A stretch of DNA of 64,000 nucleotides, from the NCBI RefSeq assembly GCF_009914755.1, contig NC_060930.1; one strand, 5' to 3'. Source of the stretch: the human T2T-CHM13v2.0 reference genome, Homo sapiens. The position numbers were made by a program, and so were the translations under genes. Below, one piece after another: positions 14,333 to 28,111 of the stretch. The first letter of the stretch is position 1. Every line of letters starts with the position of its first letter. The notes below the pieces were generated by a model. The model saw nothing but the letters and a program-made list of their open reading frames with translations, ran no database searches and was not told the DNA's origin.

Positions 14333-14455
14333 CATGGTGGGAGGATCACCTGAGCCCAGGGAGGCCGAGGCTGCAGTGAGCTATGATCATGCCACTGCAC
14401 TATAGCTTGTGTGGCATAGTGAAACCCATGTCAAAAAACAAAAATAAAAAAGAAA
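14333..14455 (+). mobile_element. Partial Alu (right arm)
   Basis: gaggatcacctgagcccagg...gccactgcac...A-rich tail. Confidence 0.85.
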
Positions 14456-14579
14456 ATTGCATATGTATTTGAATCTCGAACCTTTATAAATGTAGGGAGT
14501 GTTAGATTCTTAGCAGAATAAAGATGGAAACATACAAATTACTTTCCTCTGTTTATTGGAAGGGCTTTTCTTAATCTGA

Positions 14580-14736
14580 CTTTTGTTTGTTTGTTTGGTT
14601 GGTTGGTTTTGGGTTTTTTTTTGAGACAGGATCTCATTATGTTGCCCAGGCTGGGCTCAAACTCCTGTACTCAAGTGATTCTCCTTCAGCTTCCTGAGTA
14701 GCTGAGATTACAGGTGCATGCCACCACATCCAGGCT
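14580..14736 (-). mobile_element. Alu monomer (FLAM-like)
   Basis: T-rich tail then gagacaggatctc...ccaggc; flanked by tctgactttt on both sides. Confidence 0.85.
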
Positions 14737-15299
14737 AGTCTGACTTTTTATTGACAGTGTAGCCCTTGGAGGTTCTAAGACTTTTGTAGGGGTATTAGTT
14801 CTAACTCCCTGCCTTGTGCTGGCCTAAAACCTTGTCTTTTGTCCTGGGAGTGGCTGTTACCACTTAGGGTCTAGTTACCACATCCAGCAAATGCCTTCAG
14901 GGCAGCTGGGGCAGTCACTGTGTTGGTCTTCTGGTTCCCCTTTGATTTCCGTTTACTTTGTTTTGGCCCCCAAGGATTCCCTTTATTTTTATTTTTGCCC
15001 CTCTGTGGAGTTTGGAGAATGTGTTTTATCCAGAATTTCTAAGTGTTTTAGAAGAAGAGAGTTTCCTACTCCCAGGCTATTTAATTTGGAACCATAAGTT
15101 TTTAAAGCACTTTCCAACTATATTGGAATAATGGGATAGTTAACTTTAAATAAACATGTCCCTTTTGTAGTGAGGCACATATTTCAGGCATTGTCCTATC
15201 AGTGAGTCAGCTGCGGACATCACAGGGCTCCTGGCTTATGATCTGTGATGCTAGATTTTGCAATTGATTGCAAAATCAGTTTTGCAATCAGTTGCAAGT

Positions 15300-16260
15300 T
15301 TCTTGACCCATTCACTGGATTGTGATTGTGTTACAAGACCAAGTCAAGATTATTTGACCTCATAGCACTTTACTCTTTAACAGCTCTCTCCTTGAAATAT
15401 TACCTTCCCGCACTATTCATGAACATATCAGCCCACAGATTTCCTCCTACCTCTTTGGCTATTCCTTCTCAGTCTCCTTTTAAGATTTTTCTTACTCAGG
15501 CATCTTTGGGTGAAAGTCCCTCAATATCTGGTCTTACTCAAAACTGCCTCTCACTCACTACTCTCTCCCTAGGCAATCCTATCAATGTCCACTGTACTGT
15601 ATGCATGAAATGACTCACAAATTTTTGTCTCTAATAAAGACTTTACTTTGAGTCTTGGATCTGAAGAGATATGTCCCCTGGATCTCTTAAAAGCATATTA
15701 AGCTTAACATATTCAAAACCAAACTCATAATCTCTATTACCTTGCATCCCACCAAACTGGTCTTTTTCATCAAACCCCATCAAAAAGATCTCAGCAATTC
15801 ATCTAATTATGCATGCAAGAAACTTAGAGGTCATCTTTGACATGTCCTCTTCACCATTATATCCGATCTATCACCTGGTCCTGCCAATGTTGCTTACTAA
15901 ATGTCCCTCCAGGAATAAATTTTCTCTAGTCCTTTTCATAAGCCAAATTCGGTCTCCTGTAGACTATTATTAGTAACCTGCTACTTCACTTATCTGCATC
16001 CAACCTGTTCCCCAAAATATAGTCAAAATGATCTTTTCTATACACAAGTCTGATCATATGGCTCCTAAATAAAATTATGTTTTTCTGGAGGAAGTCACAA
16101 CTCCTTAAAAAATTCTTGTACCTGCCTACCTTTCCAGTCCCATCTCATTATGGACTCCTTCCTGCATGCTCTTCTTCAATATATTGGTTATCTTTCAGTC
16201 CCTTGAGTTTGCTATGCCAGAGGGCCTTTGCAAATGCTGGTCCCTTGCTTGAAATGCTCT
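15300..16260 (+). mobile_element. L2 LINE remnant
   Basis: Degenerate L2 motifs (cttaacatattcaaaaccaaactc; gaaacttagaggtcatctttgac; aagtctgatcat). Confidence 0.65.
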
Positions 16261-16899
16261 ATTCTTTGCCTCAAGTGATCCTCCTACCTCGGCCTCCCAA
16301 AGTGCTGGGATTACAGGCATGGAGCCAACACACCTGGCCTTCACATCTATTTTTAATCCAAGTAATTCTAGGGTCAAATAATACTGAAATCTCGCTAAGT
16401 ATCAAACGCTGCTTTTAACTGAAGAAAGTTTACTTTGTTTTATTTTATTTTTAAAATCTTGCTTTGTCTCTAGATAGACACCATAAATCAGAACTTCTTA
16501 ATCTAAGATAACATCCTGCTGCTCAAAAACAGGTGTCAGAGGAGGCAATGCATGCAGCTGGCTCATTAGTCTATATCACAGATGCCACAAACATGCTGTC
16601 TTGAGGAACTAGAAACGTGCTTTTTTGAAATATGTTCTTCAGAAGTTCTTAGGAGCTGTGGTGGGAGAGCGCAAGCCTGGGGGTGAGGAGGCAGCTGAGT
16701 GGGTGATTCTTCTCACTATTGCATCAACAAGAGTAGTAGCTATAGACTGGGTTTCTTATTCTTCTACTAAGAGGCCCCGAAATAAAATGGCTTTTTAAAG
16801 GACCTGGTCTAAAGCTTTTTTCTTTTCTTTTCTTTTCTGATTTTTTTTTTTTTTTTTTTTTTTTTTTAGGGAGAAAGGTCATACAGAAAACACACAAAC

Positions 16900-19800
16900 C
16901 CTTCTTAACTCAACACTATCCCAATTTAAATAGAATTGAGCTAAAGCTGTGTCAGTCAATGTCTTTGGCTATTCTTACCTGACTGGCCTAATGGCTTAGA
17001 CTGAAGGAAACTTTGTTTGATAAGTAAATTTGAATGTGACCCTATTTCTAGGCTTGAATATAATAATCACACTGATCTGTGAATTCCCTTCACTGGTGTT
17101 CATCAGTTTAGTCATGAAATCTCCTTTTCCTCTACTAGAGAATTGCTTGTTGAGTATATTGGCTTTGAATTTCAATGTATCCAAGAGACAACCAAGAGTT
17201 ACCATGAATTAGTTTGCTCAACTCTATTCCACCCTCCTGCTAATTAGAGAGTTGGGGGAAAATGCATCTAGCATTTTGGACAGTATCTAATTAATTTGGA
17301 TCTCACTGGACCTTGCACCAGTTAGAAGAGGTGTATGGATGGATCCCTAAGTACTAAGATACAGAATGTGAATATTTCTGTGGCCATATGAATGCAAAGC
17401 AAAAGGCTCATACTGAAAAGTGGTCTTAAAAAATCTGGGTGGTTAGAGAATTGCAAGGAACCCATAATAGTCAAAACAATCTTGAAAAAGATGAATAAAG
17501 AGGAGGGCTCACCCTTCCCAATTTCAAAGCTTACTACAAAGCAACAATAATCAAAATAGTGTGGTATGGGCACAATGATGAATGTATAGCTCAATAGAAT
17601 AGAATTGAGAGTCTGGAAATAAACTACACGTCTATGGTCTATTGATTTTCAACAAGTGTGCCAAGAACTCTCAATGGGATAATTTTCAACAAATGGTGCT
17701 GGGACAGCTGGATAGTCATATGTCAAAGAATAATATTGGACCCTTACCTCACACCACATACAAAAATTAACTCAAAATGAATCAGACTTAACTGTGAGAG
17801 ATAAAACTATAAAACTCTTAGGAGAAAACATAGGGTAAATCTTCATGATTTTGGATTTGGCAAAGGATTCTTAGATATGACACCAAAAGCACAAGCAACA
17901 AAAGAAGAAATAAATTGGATTTCATCCAAGTTTAAAACTTGGTGTCAAGTGATACCATCAAGAAAGTAAAAAGACAACTCACAGAATGGGAGGAGCTAGC
18001 TGAGGATCATATATCTGATAAGGCATTGGTATGCAGAATATATAAAGAACCCTTACAACTCAAAAATAAAAAGATTTGATTAAATTTTTTAAATGGGCAA
18101 AGGATCTCAATGGACAATTCTCCAAGGAAGGTACAAAATAGCCAATAAGCATAAAACAGAAGCTCAACATCATTAATTAGCAGGTAAATGCAAATAAAAA
18201 CCACATGAGTTACCATTTTATACCTATTAGGATGGCTATAGTCAAAAAAGATTGGTAAAAATGTGGAAAAATCAAAACTCTCATATATTGCTGATGGGAA
18301 TGTAAAATAGTGCAGATGCTTTGAAAGTAGTCTGGCATTTCCTCAAATGATTAAATATAGAGTTACTATGAGACCCAGCAATTCCACTCCTATGTATATA
18401 TTGAAGAGAAATATAAAGGTATGCCCAGCTATGTGTGGTGGCGTATGCCTGATAGTCCTTGGTACTTGGGAGGCTGAGGTGGAAGGATTGCTGGAGCCCA
18501 GGGGTTCAAGACTGAAGTGAGCTATGTTTGTGCCACTGCGCTCCAGCCCAGGTGACAGAGCAGGATCCTGTCTCTCAAAAAAACAAACAAGAAAAAAAAA
18601 CAAAAAAACTCACACTCAAAAATTTTTACATGACTGTTTATAGTAGCATTATTCATAATAGCCAAAAAGTGGAAACTACCCAAATGTCTATCAACTGAAG
18701 AAAGGATAAATAATATGTGGTATATCCATATAATGTATTATTTGGTCACAAAAAAGAATGAAGTACTGATACATACTACAATCTGAATGAACTTTGAAAA
18801 CACGTTAAGTGAAAGAAGCCAGTCAAAAAAATCATGTATTATATTAGTCTATCTAGAACAGGGAACTCTATAGAGACAGAAAGATTAGTAGTTGCCGGGG
18901 CTGAGGGCTAAGGGAATGGTGAGACTGGAAGGTGATAGCCAAAGGGTATGGAGTTGCTTTTTGAGGTGATAAAAATGTTCTAAAATTGACTGTGAGTGAT
19001 GGTTGTACATATTTGTGAATATAGTAAAAACCATTAAACTGTATGCTATATGCTTAAAGTATAGGCTGTGTGAATTATATCTCAATAAGGCTGTTTAAAA
19101 AAATCTAAGTGGATGCAGTGACCATCTATTTCCCCAGTGTCCTGTAGTTGCTCTATGGGCTCTTGAACAAAATAGTTGCATGATGGAGGCTATATATAGA
19201 CTTAACAATATGGATCTCCTCTTACCAAAGTTGGTCTGACCTGCAGAGTGTCCAACTTTCCAGTAAGGAAGATCAATGTTGAACCCCTAGTATAGTGCCA
19301 TATTCCAGGGGCTCTCATCTTCCATCTCGTTGCAGGTAGGTTTATTTTTGTTCCCTTCCAAAAGGGAGGGGGCAAGAGACATTGGTTATAGATTTTCTTT
19401 ACTGCTGGATATAGATTCTGGTTACAGATTTTGTTTATAGATTTTTATTTACTGCTTCAATGCTTTTATTAGCAGACCCCTAACCACTCCTGGGACCACA
19501 CATACACCCATAGATGTAGTCAATGCCTTGTTCATGAGCATAGTACTCCACAATACATTGCTTATGACAAAGAACTTAAGTTAATGTGAAAGGAGTGAAG
19601 CAAGGTCTCAAGACCCATAGGACAAATATATATCATATATTTGTCGCTCAGAAATCCATGACTTTATAGGAAGGTGAAATGGATAATTGAAAACTCAGTT
19701 TGAGAGACGTCTTGTGAATTGGCATATGAATTGGTAAATGCTCCAATTGGTAAATGCTTCACTAAGCCTAGGGCCAATATATGGTGCTATTTCTTCCACA

Positions 19801-20600
19801 GACAGAATTCACTGGTCTAGGATACAAGAAGTAGAAGTGGGAGGGGCAACTCTGACTGTTACCCATAGTGAACAACTTATGACATGTTTTTGTTTCCCAT
19901 ATGCTTGGCCTTGAATTCTTCTGGTTTATAACAAAAATGGTTTCCAAAAATTGGAAGTCGAGGCTCTCTCCTGACCATTTGGAGCGCCTCATGCCATTTA
20001 ACTAACAAAAAGAAAATGAGGTTCTTATATTGTCTAGGGTGATTCATTCTGATTTTCAAGGCATAATATAGTTATAAATACAATGGGGTCAGGTGGAAGA
20101 ATTCTTGGTATCCTCTGGTGTGCCTCTTAGAGCTTCTCTATTCAGTGATAAAAATTAATGTAAGGTTAGGTCAAGCGGAGACAGGAAACACCAAAAGGAC
20201 TCAAACTCCTCGTGGATAAAGAGCTGAAGTGCTGGCTGGAAAGAAAGTGAATGTTGAGTTTATAATGAAGGAAGAAGTCATAAATATTAACTACAGCTTC
20301 ATGACTAGTTGACTTGTTGCAATTATGAGGACTGTGGTAAATATCTTTTTTTTTTCTTGTTCTATTTATGCACATCTTTATATCTATACATTAAACCCCT
20401 TCTCTCTCTCTCTCTACTATTTTATCCAATGTCTGTTGGTAATGGTTAATTTTAACACCTATGTCTTAGATTATATTATTCTATGGTTGTGACTAAACTA
20501 AAAAAGGAATAAATATCCTTCAGGATGGATACTGAGAAAGCACTTTTGGTCTGCCTTTTTGGGGAGGTGACTAAAAGTCTTAATTTCCTCAACAGAAAAT
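16900..20600 (+). mobile_element. Ancient ERVL internal (pol) remnant, split by an L1
   Basis: Degenerate RNase H/integrase-like ERVL segments at ~17300-17440 and 19105-19900, continuous across the L1 TSD. Confidence 0.5.
17443..19103 (+). mobile_element. 5'-truncated L1 (L1MB-type) containing an Alu monomer at ~18423-18608
   Basis: ORF2 3' end plus 3' UTR ending ctcaataagg...aaaa; approximate TSD aaaaatct(gg/aa)gtgg. Confidence 0.85.
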
Positions 20601-20678
20601 TCCTGTAATCAGTATTTTCATGAACTTAACCCTCGTGTTTGGGGAAGGACTAGGCACTATGACAAATTCTGCTGTCTA

Positions 20679-21138
<460 letters not shown>

Positions 21139-21302
21139 TTAGGATAATAAAAGCTATCTCCTAGAGTTGTTCTGACAATTAGACCAAAAGAGATAATGAT
21201 GTAGAGACCTCAGCAAAGCACAAGGCCTAGTCACTAGCCGTGCTCCGGGAGGGCTGTCCAAAAGCAGGAAGAACAAGGGCAAAGAAACTCCATGGAACTC
21301 AC

Positions 21303-21481
21303 TTTCCCACCAGGGAGTGAACCGCGGCGTCATGCTCCATTCTGAGTAGCTCCCAGCCGAGGCCGCCCTCACCCTCCCGTAATAAGGTTCCTGTATGTCT
21401 GAGGTTTCACTGGTAAGGTCACAAGAGAGTTCTTGAGTACCCCAACAGTCTTCTTTATTTTTCCATTGTCTCTGTCCATAT
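21303..21481 (-). CDS. IL22RA2: IL22RA2 exon 5: YGQRQWKNKEDCWGTQELSCDLTSETSDIQEPYYGRVRAASAGSYSEWSMTPRFTPWWE
   Basis: Acceptor ctacAG, donor A|GTGAGT; 179 nt; class II cytokine receptor C-x7-C-DLT and YYGRVRA...SEW motifs. Confidence 0.97.
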
Positions 21482-21582
21482 CTGTAGCAGGGAAAAGGCA
21501 AAGATCTGAGTTTCTTTTCTCCACTCAAGGAGTCTTCAGTATTTTCAGACTAATAATTTTTTATACCTGATTCTAGTAGCAA

Positions 21583-22100
21583 TACCACCATGATAGCTTA
21601 TGGCTCCTCTTCAGAATCTTTAAAAAAATTCCTTCTTATTAACTGTTTCAGTCCATTTTCTGTTGCTATAACTGAATACCCGAGACTGGGTAATTTATAA
21701 AGAAAAGGAATTTATTTCTTACAGTTTTGGAGGCTAGGAAGTCTAATGTCTAAGAGCCATAAGAGCCACATCTGGTGAGGGCCTTCTTGCTGGTGGGGAC
21801 TCTCTGCAGAGACTTAAGGTGACAGAGGACTTCACAGGGATTCAAGAGAGATGGCATATACATATATATACATATATATATAAAATATAAAATATATATA
21901 AAACAGACCAACTTTTTTGATAACTAGCCCACTTCCTCAATAACACATTAATTCGTTAATCCATCAATGGATGAATCCATTCATGGGGGCAGAATCCTCA
22001 TGACCCAATCATCTCCCCAAAGTCCCACCTCTCAACATTGCTGCACTGGGGATCAGGTTTCCAACACATGAACTTTTGGGGGACACATAGAAACCACAGC
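21583..22100 (-). mobile_element. MaLR solo LTR (MST-type) with internal (TA)n
   Basis: tgtttcagtccattttctgttgctataac...aaaccacagca. Confidence 0.8.
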
Positions 22101-23049
22101 ATTACCTAAAGTGCTGTCTTGCTGGAAGATAAACATCCCTGACGCTTTCTGTATCACTAACATAAGGGTTTTAACCTTTTTTTTAATACTTGGCAAAATG
22201 TTCTTTCTGGTGTGTGGACTGACTTCCATTTTTGAATACTCACTCTCCACATCCTTAATGCTCTGTGGTTTTGGCTGTTTGTGGTTTTTCTCCACTTCTC
22301 ATCAGCTTGCTGTTGAGTAATGTGGCTGCTTCTGAGAAGTTGCTACCACTTTTCATCTCAGGTGTTGCCTACCCAACATACATGATTAATCTCTTTATTG
22401 AAAATTGACGGGAACTTTTATTGAGGACTATATATGGAGCCCTGTAATTAGGGGTTGGGAGAGGGGGAGGGAATCCCATGAAAAAAGGTAGTGAGGCAAG
22501 AGGCAGAGTGGTTGACTCAGCCTGAGGCCACAGGATGGTGTAATAGTCAAAGGGAAGATTCACGCTTTGTTTCCTTACCTGCCATAAATCAGACCAATGT
22601 AACAAAGTGATGGTGGGGAAAAGAGAAGGAATTGGAGTCTGGGGAGAAAGGTTTCCCAAAATATTTATTGAAAGACTTGAAATCTAGCTTTCTAGACACA
22701 TAATAAGGAAGATAGACGGTATCTATACTCGGTAATCTACATGGTGACAGCAGTTTCATTCCATCACAATTAAAGCAGAACCACAACATATATTGAGTAT
22801 AATTTGATGTTTTAAAATTATTATTTATTTATAATAAGTCTTGAACTTAGCTGTAATGACAGACTTCTCTTTTAAAATAATATCTCATTGTTTATCCTAT
22901 TCTAAACGCAAGGGATATAACAGTATTATAGCCCATGAACTGGATACACCAAAGTGAAAGTTTTCAAAATTATAAATTTGTCTTGTGCTGTTGAAAATCC
23001 CTTAGAGACAGGAATGGATTAAGGTATTCTGGGGTCTGAAATTTATACA

Positions 23050-23495
23050 ATCTTGGTCCATTTAATGTTTCTATAACAGAACACCTGAGGCTAGGTAATT
23101 GATAAGGAAAAGAGGTGTACTTAGCCAATGTTCTGCAGCCTGGGAAGTTACAAGAAATGTGCTGCCAGCATCCACTTGGCTTCTGGTGAGAGCTTTTCAT
23201 GCTGCATGAGAACATGCTAGAGAAGGTCAATGGGGAAAACAGATCGTGTGAAGAGGCCAAACTCAAGGGGCATCCTGGCTTTACAACAACCACTCTCATA
23301 GAAACATTTCCATGACAAATTCAGTCTTGCAAGAGTGAGAACTCACTCAACTGCAGCAATAATGGTACCAAGCCATTCATGAGTGCTCCATCCCCATGAC
23401 CCAAACACCTCCTACGAGGCCCTACTTCCAACACCACCACACTAAGGATCAAATTTCAACATGAATTTTGGTGGAGACAAACTCAAACCATAGCA
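23050..23495 (-). mobile_element. MaLR solo LTR (MST-type) hosting IL22RA2 exon 4
   Basis: MST motifs (ctgaggctaggtaatt...aagagg; aaatttcaacatga...aaaccatagca) surround the 96-nt exon. Confidence 0.85.
23121..23216 (-). CDS. IL22RA2: IL22RA2 alternative exon 4 (isoform 1 only): (I)MFSCSMKSSHQKPSGCWQHISCNFPGCRTLA(K)
   Basis: Acceptor ctAG, weak donor AA|GTACAC; 96 nt, phase 2-2, frame-preserving; matches the 32-aa insert of the long isoform. Confidence 0.92.
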
Positions 23496-24708
23496 GCTTG
23501 GGAGTCCTCTTTAGGAAAAGATTTATAAATATAAAATCCTTGCATTGGGGTCCTGAAGTTTAATCTTCATTAGATTCATGGTAAAACAGTTTCTAATCTT
23601 CTTAGTACTTTGGACCACAAATAGGTCCACTTTTGACCTATTTATACTACTCCAGGGGAAGCATAAAAAGAGTACCAATCTTTACTTTCTGCATGCTGAA
23701 AGTATCTCCAGCAATGCACAAATCTACTTTTGTAATGGAGAAACCTTCATTGTAAAGATTTGTACATTTTACAATCGCTACATAAAATATGTAGAGAGAA
23801 GTCGTAGCGGTTAAAGATGGAGATGCTTCTGGGGATATTCCTTCCGAAATTAATTAGCAGGAAAATCTGACCTAGGACCTACCCCATGCTGGAGAGACAT
23901 GGATGAATTTATGGGATAAAAATTGCTACTTTGGCCATAGCTGCATTTGATTTCCTGAATTTCTATTGAAAAACCATGAAAGCTAAACTGTAATATCTCC
24001 TGTCTCACTGTCAGGAGACAGGATTGAGCCTCAACCCCCCTCACCCCCCCAGAAATATATGAGTGGAAAAACCTGACATTTTCAAGTCAAGAGTGTTTGT
24101 TTCCAAGCCTTGAGCCAGGAAAGGAGTAGATTATATCTGAGTTTTGGCAATGATCCAGCAGGAGTAGCCTGAGGATCACACGAGAGGAACATGCAGCAGC
24201 GTGTTCCAGTTTGTGTTCATGCTTACGAGAGTCATTAGTTTTTGAAAGGAATTTTCTAAATAGTAAATCCACTCTGAAAGTGACTTTTAAATTAAAACCT
24301 TATTTTACACACTCACCACCATGTTTGCCACAACTTCTTTTTCAACTACCGATAGTTTCACTCACTGAGTACTCGCTATGTGCTAATAAGTTGCTTCCAA
24401 CATTCGCCTGACAAATCTATATTGAGAACCCACCATGTGCCAGGCTCCTCCATGGAGGCAAAGGCTGAGCCTGTGAGGTCTTGGTGCAGGTCTAGGGCTG
24501 AAGTATCTGCCCAGTGCACTGCATACCATCATGCATTTTGAGTCCCCAGGCAGCCTTCAGGGGAGACAAGTCACTGTTATCCTGACCTTGGCTTCTTCTC
24601 AACCCCTCTGAAACTGAAAAAAAGCTCGGATCCTAACACTCCATTGCATTCTAGAACATGTTATCCCAGTGCCATCTCTATCAGCTGAAGGAGGCTCAAT
24701 TTACTTAC

Positions 24709-24844
24709 ATTTTGTACTGCACAAAATAGACACTGCTGTTGCCAGTAAGTGCCCTCCCAGGCTGCCATTGCAAAATGTTGTGAAAATTTCGGGACTGAAA
24801 TTGTACCCTCTGAGGCTTCAGAGACTCATGCGTTGACTGAGTTC
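24709..24844 (-). CDS. IL22RA2: IL22RA2 exon 3: GTQSTHESLKPQRVQFQSRNFHNILQWQPGRALTGNSSVYFVQYK
   Basis: Acceptor cttAG, donor AT|GTAAGT; 136 nt; N-terminal FNIII motif F-x-S-x-N-F-x-N-IL-x-W. Confidence 0.97.
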
Positions 24845-25629
24845 CTAAGATAATAAGAGAAGGAAGAACATTGAACGTTGCTTGGAGCACTGCTGTTCCC
24901 AGCAGTAGTTTTCAGTGGAATACCTGCATCAGGATTCCCTAAAGTAGTTGCTCTAAGTGCAGATAGTAGAGGTGGAGCCCAGAAATCAACATTTTGAATC
25001 TTCAATGCAATGATTTTGATGCACGCTAAAGTCTCAGAATAATGAGTTCCAGATCATAAACATGTACGTGATACCTTCCCACCCTATTTCCCAGGCTGTG
25101 GGGGAAGTAAATTGCATTAAAAAAAATATTGCTCTTATTTTGTTCCCAAATAGTGATGGAATATAATGACTGAGATGAAAGACCCACACTAAGACCACCA
25201 ACCATCTTCTTAGGAATCACTATATTGGTACTACTCAAGCAAAATTTGCTAGTGACCACTTCTGGGCTCCAGGACCTCAGCCCAGCACTCAGTCCCTCCT
25301 TTCGCAGGTTCTTGCTCAATCTCTGGGTCCTGCTTCCAGGTAGGTCTGCCTTTGCTGTCCCACTCCTGAATGGCTGTATTTACCTGCCTGCATCCTGGCT
25401 CCAAGTATCCAAGCATAATCCCTCAGATGAAATGGTCATGCTAATGAGGAAAACTGCCCAAGACCCTGCTGGGGGGTAGTGTTTCTGAGACTAATCATGG
25501 CATGGCATGGGATAATTTTGCACTGGCATGACTTGTGCTTTCTTCCTCAAATCAGGCAACATAGGTGGTACAACCTTGCTTGCCTTTAGTTGCATGGAGG
25601 CAAGAGAATTTTGGCAAAATTTTACTTAG

Positions 25630-26075
<446 letters not shown>

Positions 26076-27719
26076 TGACTCCAGTGACTCTGCCTTAGGG
26101 CCTCTGCACTGGCCCTTCCCTTTTCCTGGTCTGCTCTTCCCCTGGATTTCACATGGCTCATTTCTCCACCTCCTTCAAGTCTTTGCTCAAATGTATCACG
26201 TTATTGAGATGGTTAAAAAAACACTTCCAAGCCCATGGTCTCAGCTCTGAACTTTCAAGACTTGTTATTTTCAAATGAACAAGACTGTTTCCTCAGGCCT
26301 TTCTTCTTACCAACCAAATAGTGTGAATACTGTTATTTGTTTTTTAATTTGTTTTCACTTTTATTGTTTGGACCACCATCAGTGCATCAAATGGTGTTGT
26401 GTTCTTGGAAAGAGTCTACAGCCACAGTTGATTTTGCTCACAAAAATCACTGCCTGATCAGTCATCTTTAGAACATAAACATTCCAGAAGTTTTCAGGAG
26501 ATGACAGGCACAATTTCCTGAAGGCCTGCCTAGAATTGATTTGCTAACATGAAGATAGATGGCTTAATGCCCTTAATCTCTCTGTCTATGGATTTCTTCT
26601 CTCATTTTTGTAACATCAGTGCTACCACCACCAACAGTAATAACACTGCACCAGGCACTGAGGGACTTTTATCTGCATTCACTCATTTAATTTGCCCAGC
26701 TCTTCTGTGAGGAAGGTACTGTGCATTATGGTCTTCCTCTTACAGACTGAAAAAACGAAGCCTTGGACACCTGAAGGAGATTGCCAGGCAGCCAATGGTG
26801 AAGCTGATTTTGTACCCAGACAGTCTGAGTGCAGAGCCTGCCATTACCCTCCAACAGAAAACCAAGAGCAAAGCCATGGGAGAGAGGAGCTAATGAAAGA
26901 GGCAGACCAATTAGAAGCTGAGGCTATACTTTATCTTCTTCCTTCTTCCCTCCTCCTCCTCCTTCTGGCCGGCATTCATCAAACATTGAACATATATGAA
27001 CATTAACTTATGTTAGGCACTATGTTCAAAGCTTTACAACTTACTTAATTCCCACAGCCACCAAGTAAGGTAAATATTTTTATTATCGCATTCTACAGAT
27101 GAGGAAGCTGAGGCTTTAGAAAGTTGCATCTCTTACTCGAGGTTACAGGTTTGGTAAGATGCAGAGCCAGGAACATTTTGGTAGCATTTGAATTCCTGCC
27201 GTATTTTGCTAAATGTGCCCTTGCTGTTACCAAGTACCAGAGTCTTCTCAAATCCAAACACTTCTGGAAGATGAAGGCTTGAATTGCTTTTATGTATTAG
27301 TCACTGGACAACTGCACCATCTTGGCAAGTTACTTAAATCACTTACACTGAGAGGTACCCATTTGTTAACTTGCATTCTTACAGGCTTGCTCAGAAGTAT
27401 GTGGTGCTGATAAGATGCTCTACACTCCTGCAGTTTCCTCCACGAATACCAGAAGCAAATTCTCACCTGTTGTTTGTGGTCCCTATCCTGTGCCAGGCAC
27501 TTCTCTAAGCATTTGGCATATATTAATTGATTTAATCTTCACAGTGACCTAGAATCCCCATTCTACTAATGAGGAAATTGAGGGTGTTAAGTAAATTTCC
27601 CAAGTTTTCCTAGATGGTAAATGGCAGATCTGAAATCCAGACCATGATAGCTTGGCTTAGGAGCCTGTGCTGGTAACCACCATGATTTAGTGTTCCTTCA
27701 AGGTAAAAGACATTCTAAG

Positions 27720-27795
27720 GTGAGTGAGAGCCAGAGAGAAAGAGAGAGGGAGAGAAAGAAAGAGGGAGGGAGGGAAGGAGAGAGAGAGAGAGAAA
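27720..27795. repeat. GA-rich polypurine tract
   Basis: gagagaaagagagagggagagaaagaaagagggagggaggg... Confidence 0.9.
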
Positions 27796-28050
27796 TGGAT
27801 GTACATTTGTTCTGTATGAAGTCTCTGCACCCTCTAGAGAGCCTTTTCTTTAGTGGGAACTCATTAAGTACATGTGGGGTCATTCAAGCTGCAGATAGAC
27901 ACTAACCCCATGCCTGCTCTGATCATTTAGTGACATCAAAAGCTGCAGCCTTTATAAAGTTCAAAAAAGCACCAGTGCCATTTCCAACAGATCCTTGATT
28001 GGACTCAGATGACAAAGCTATGAGCAATTAAAAAGAAACAAAGCACTTAC

Positions 28051-28111
28051 CTGCTACACCAGTAAGGAAGAAACTGATGAGGAAGCCTAGAAAGCAATGT
28101 TTAGGCATCAT
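28051..28111 (-). CDS. IL22RA2: IL22RA2 exon 2 coding part, signal peptide MMPKHCFLGFLISFFLTGVA(G); full exon 28051-28176
   Basis: accATGATG at 28111; donor CAG|GTAAGT; acceptor ttttacAG at 28178-28177. Confidence 0.97.
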
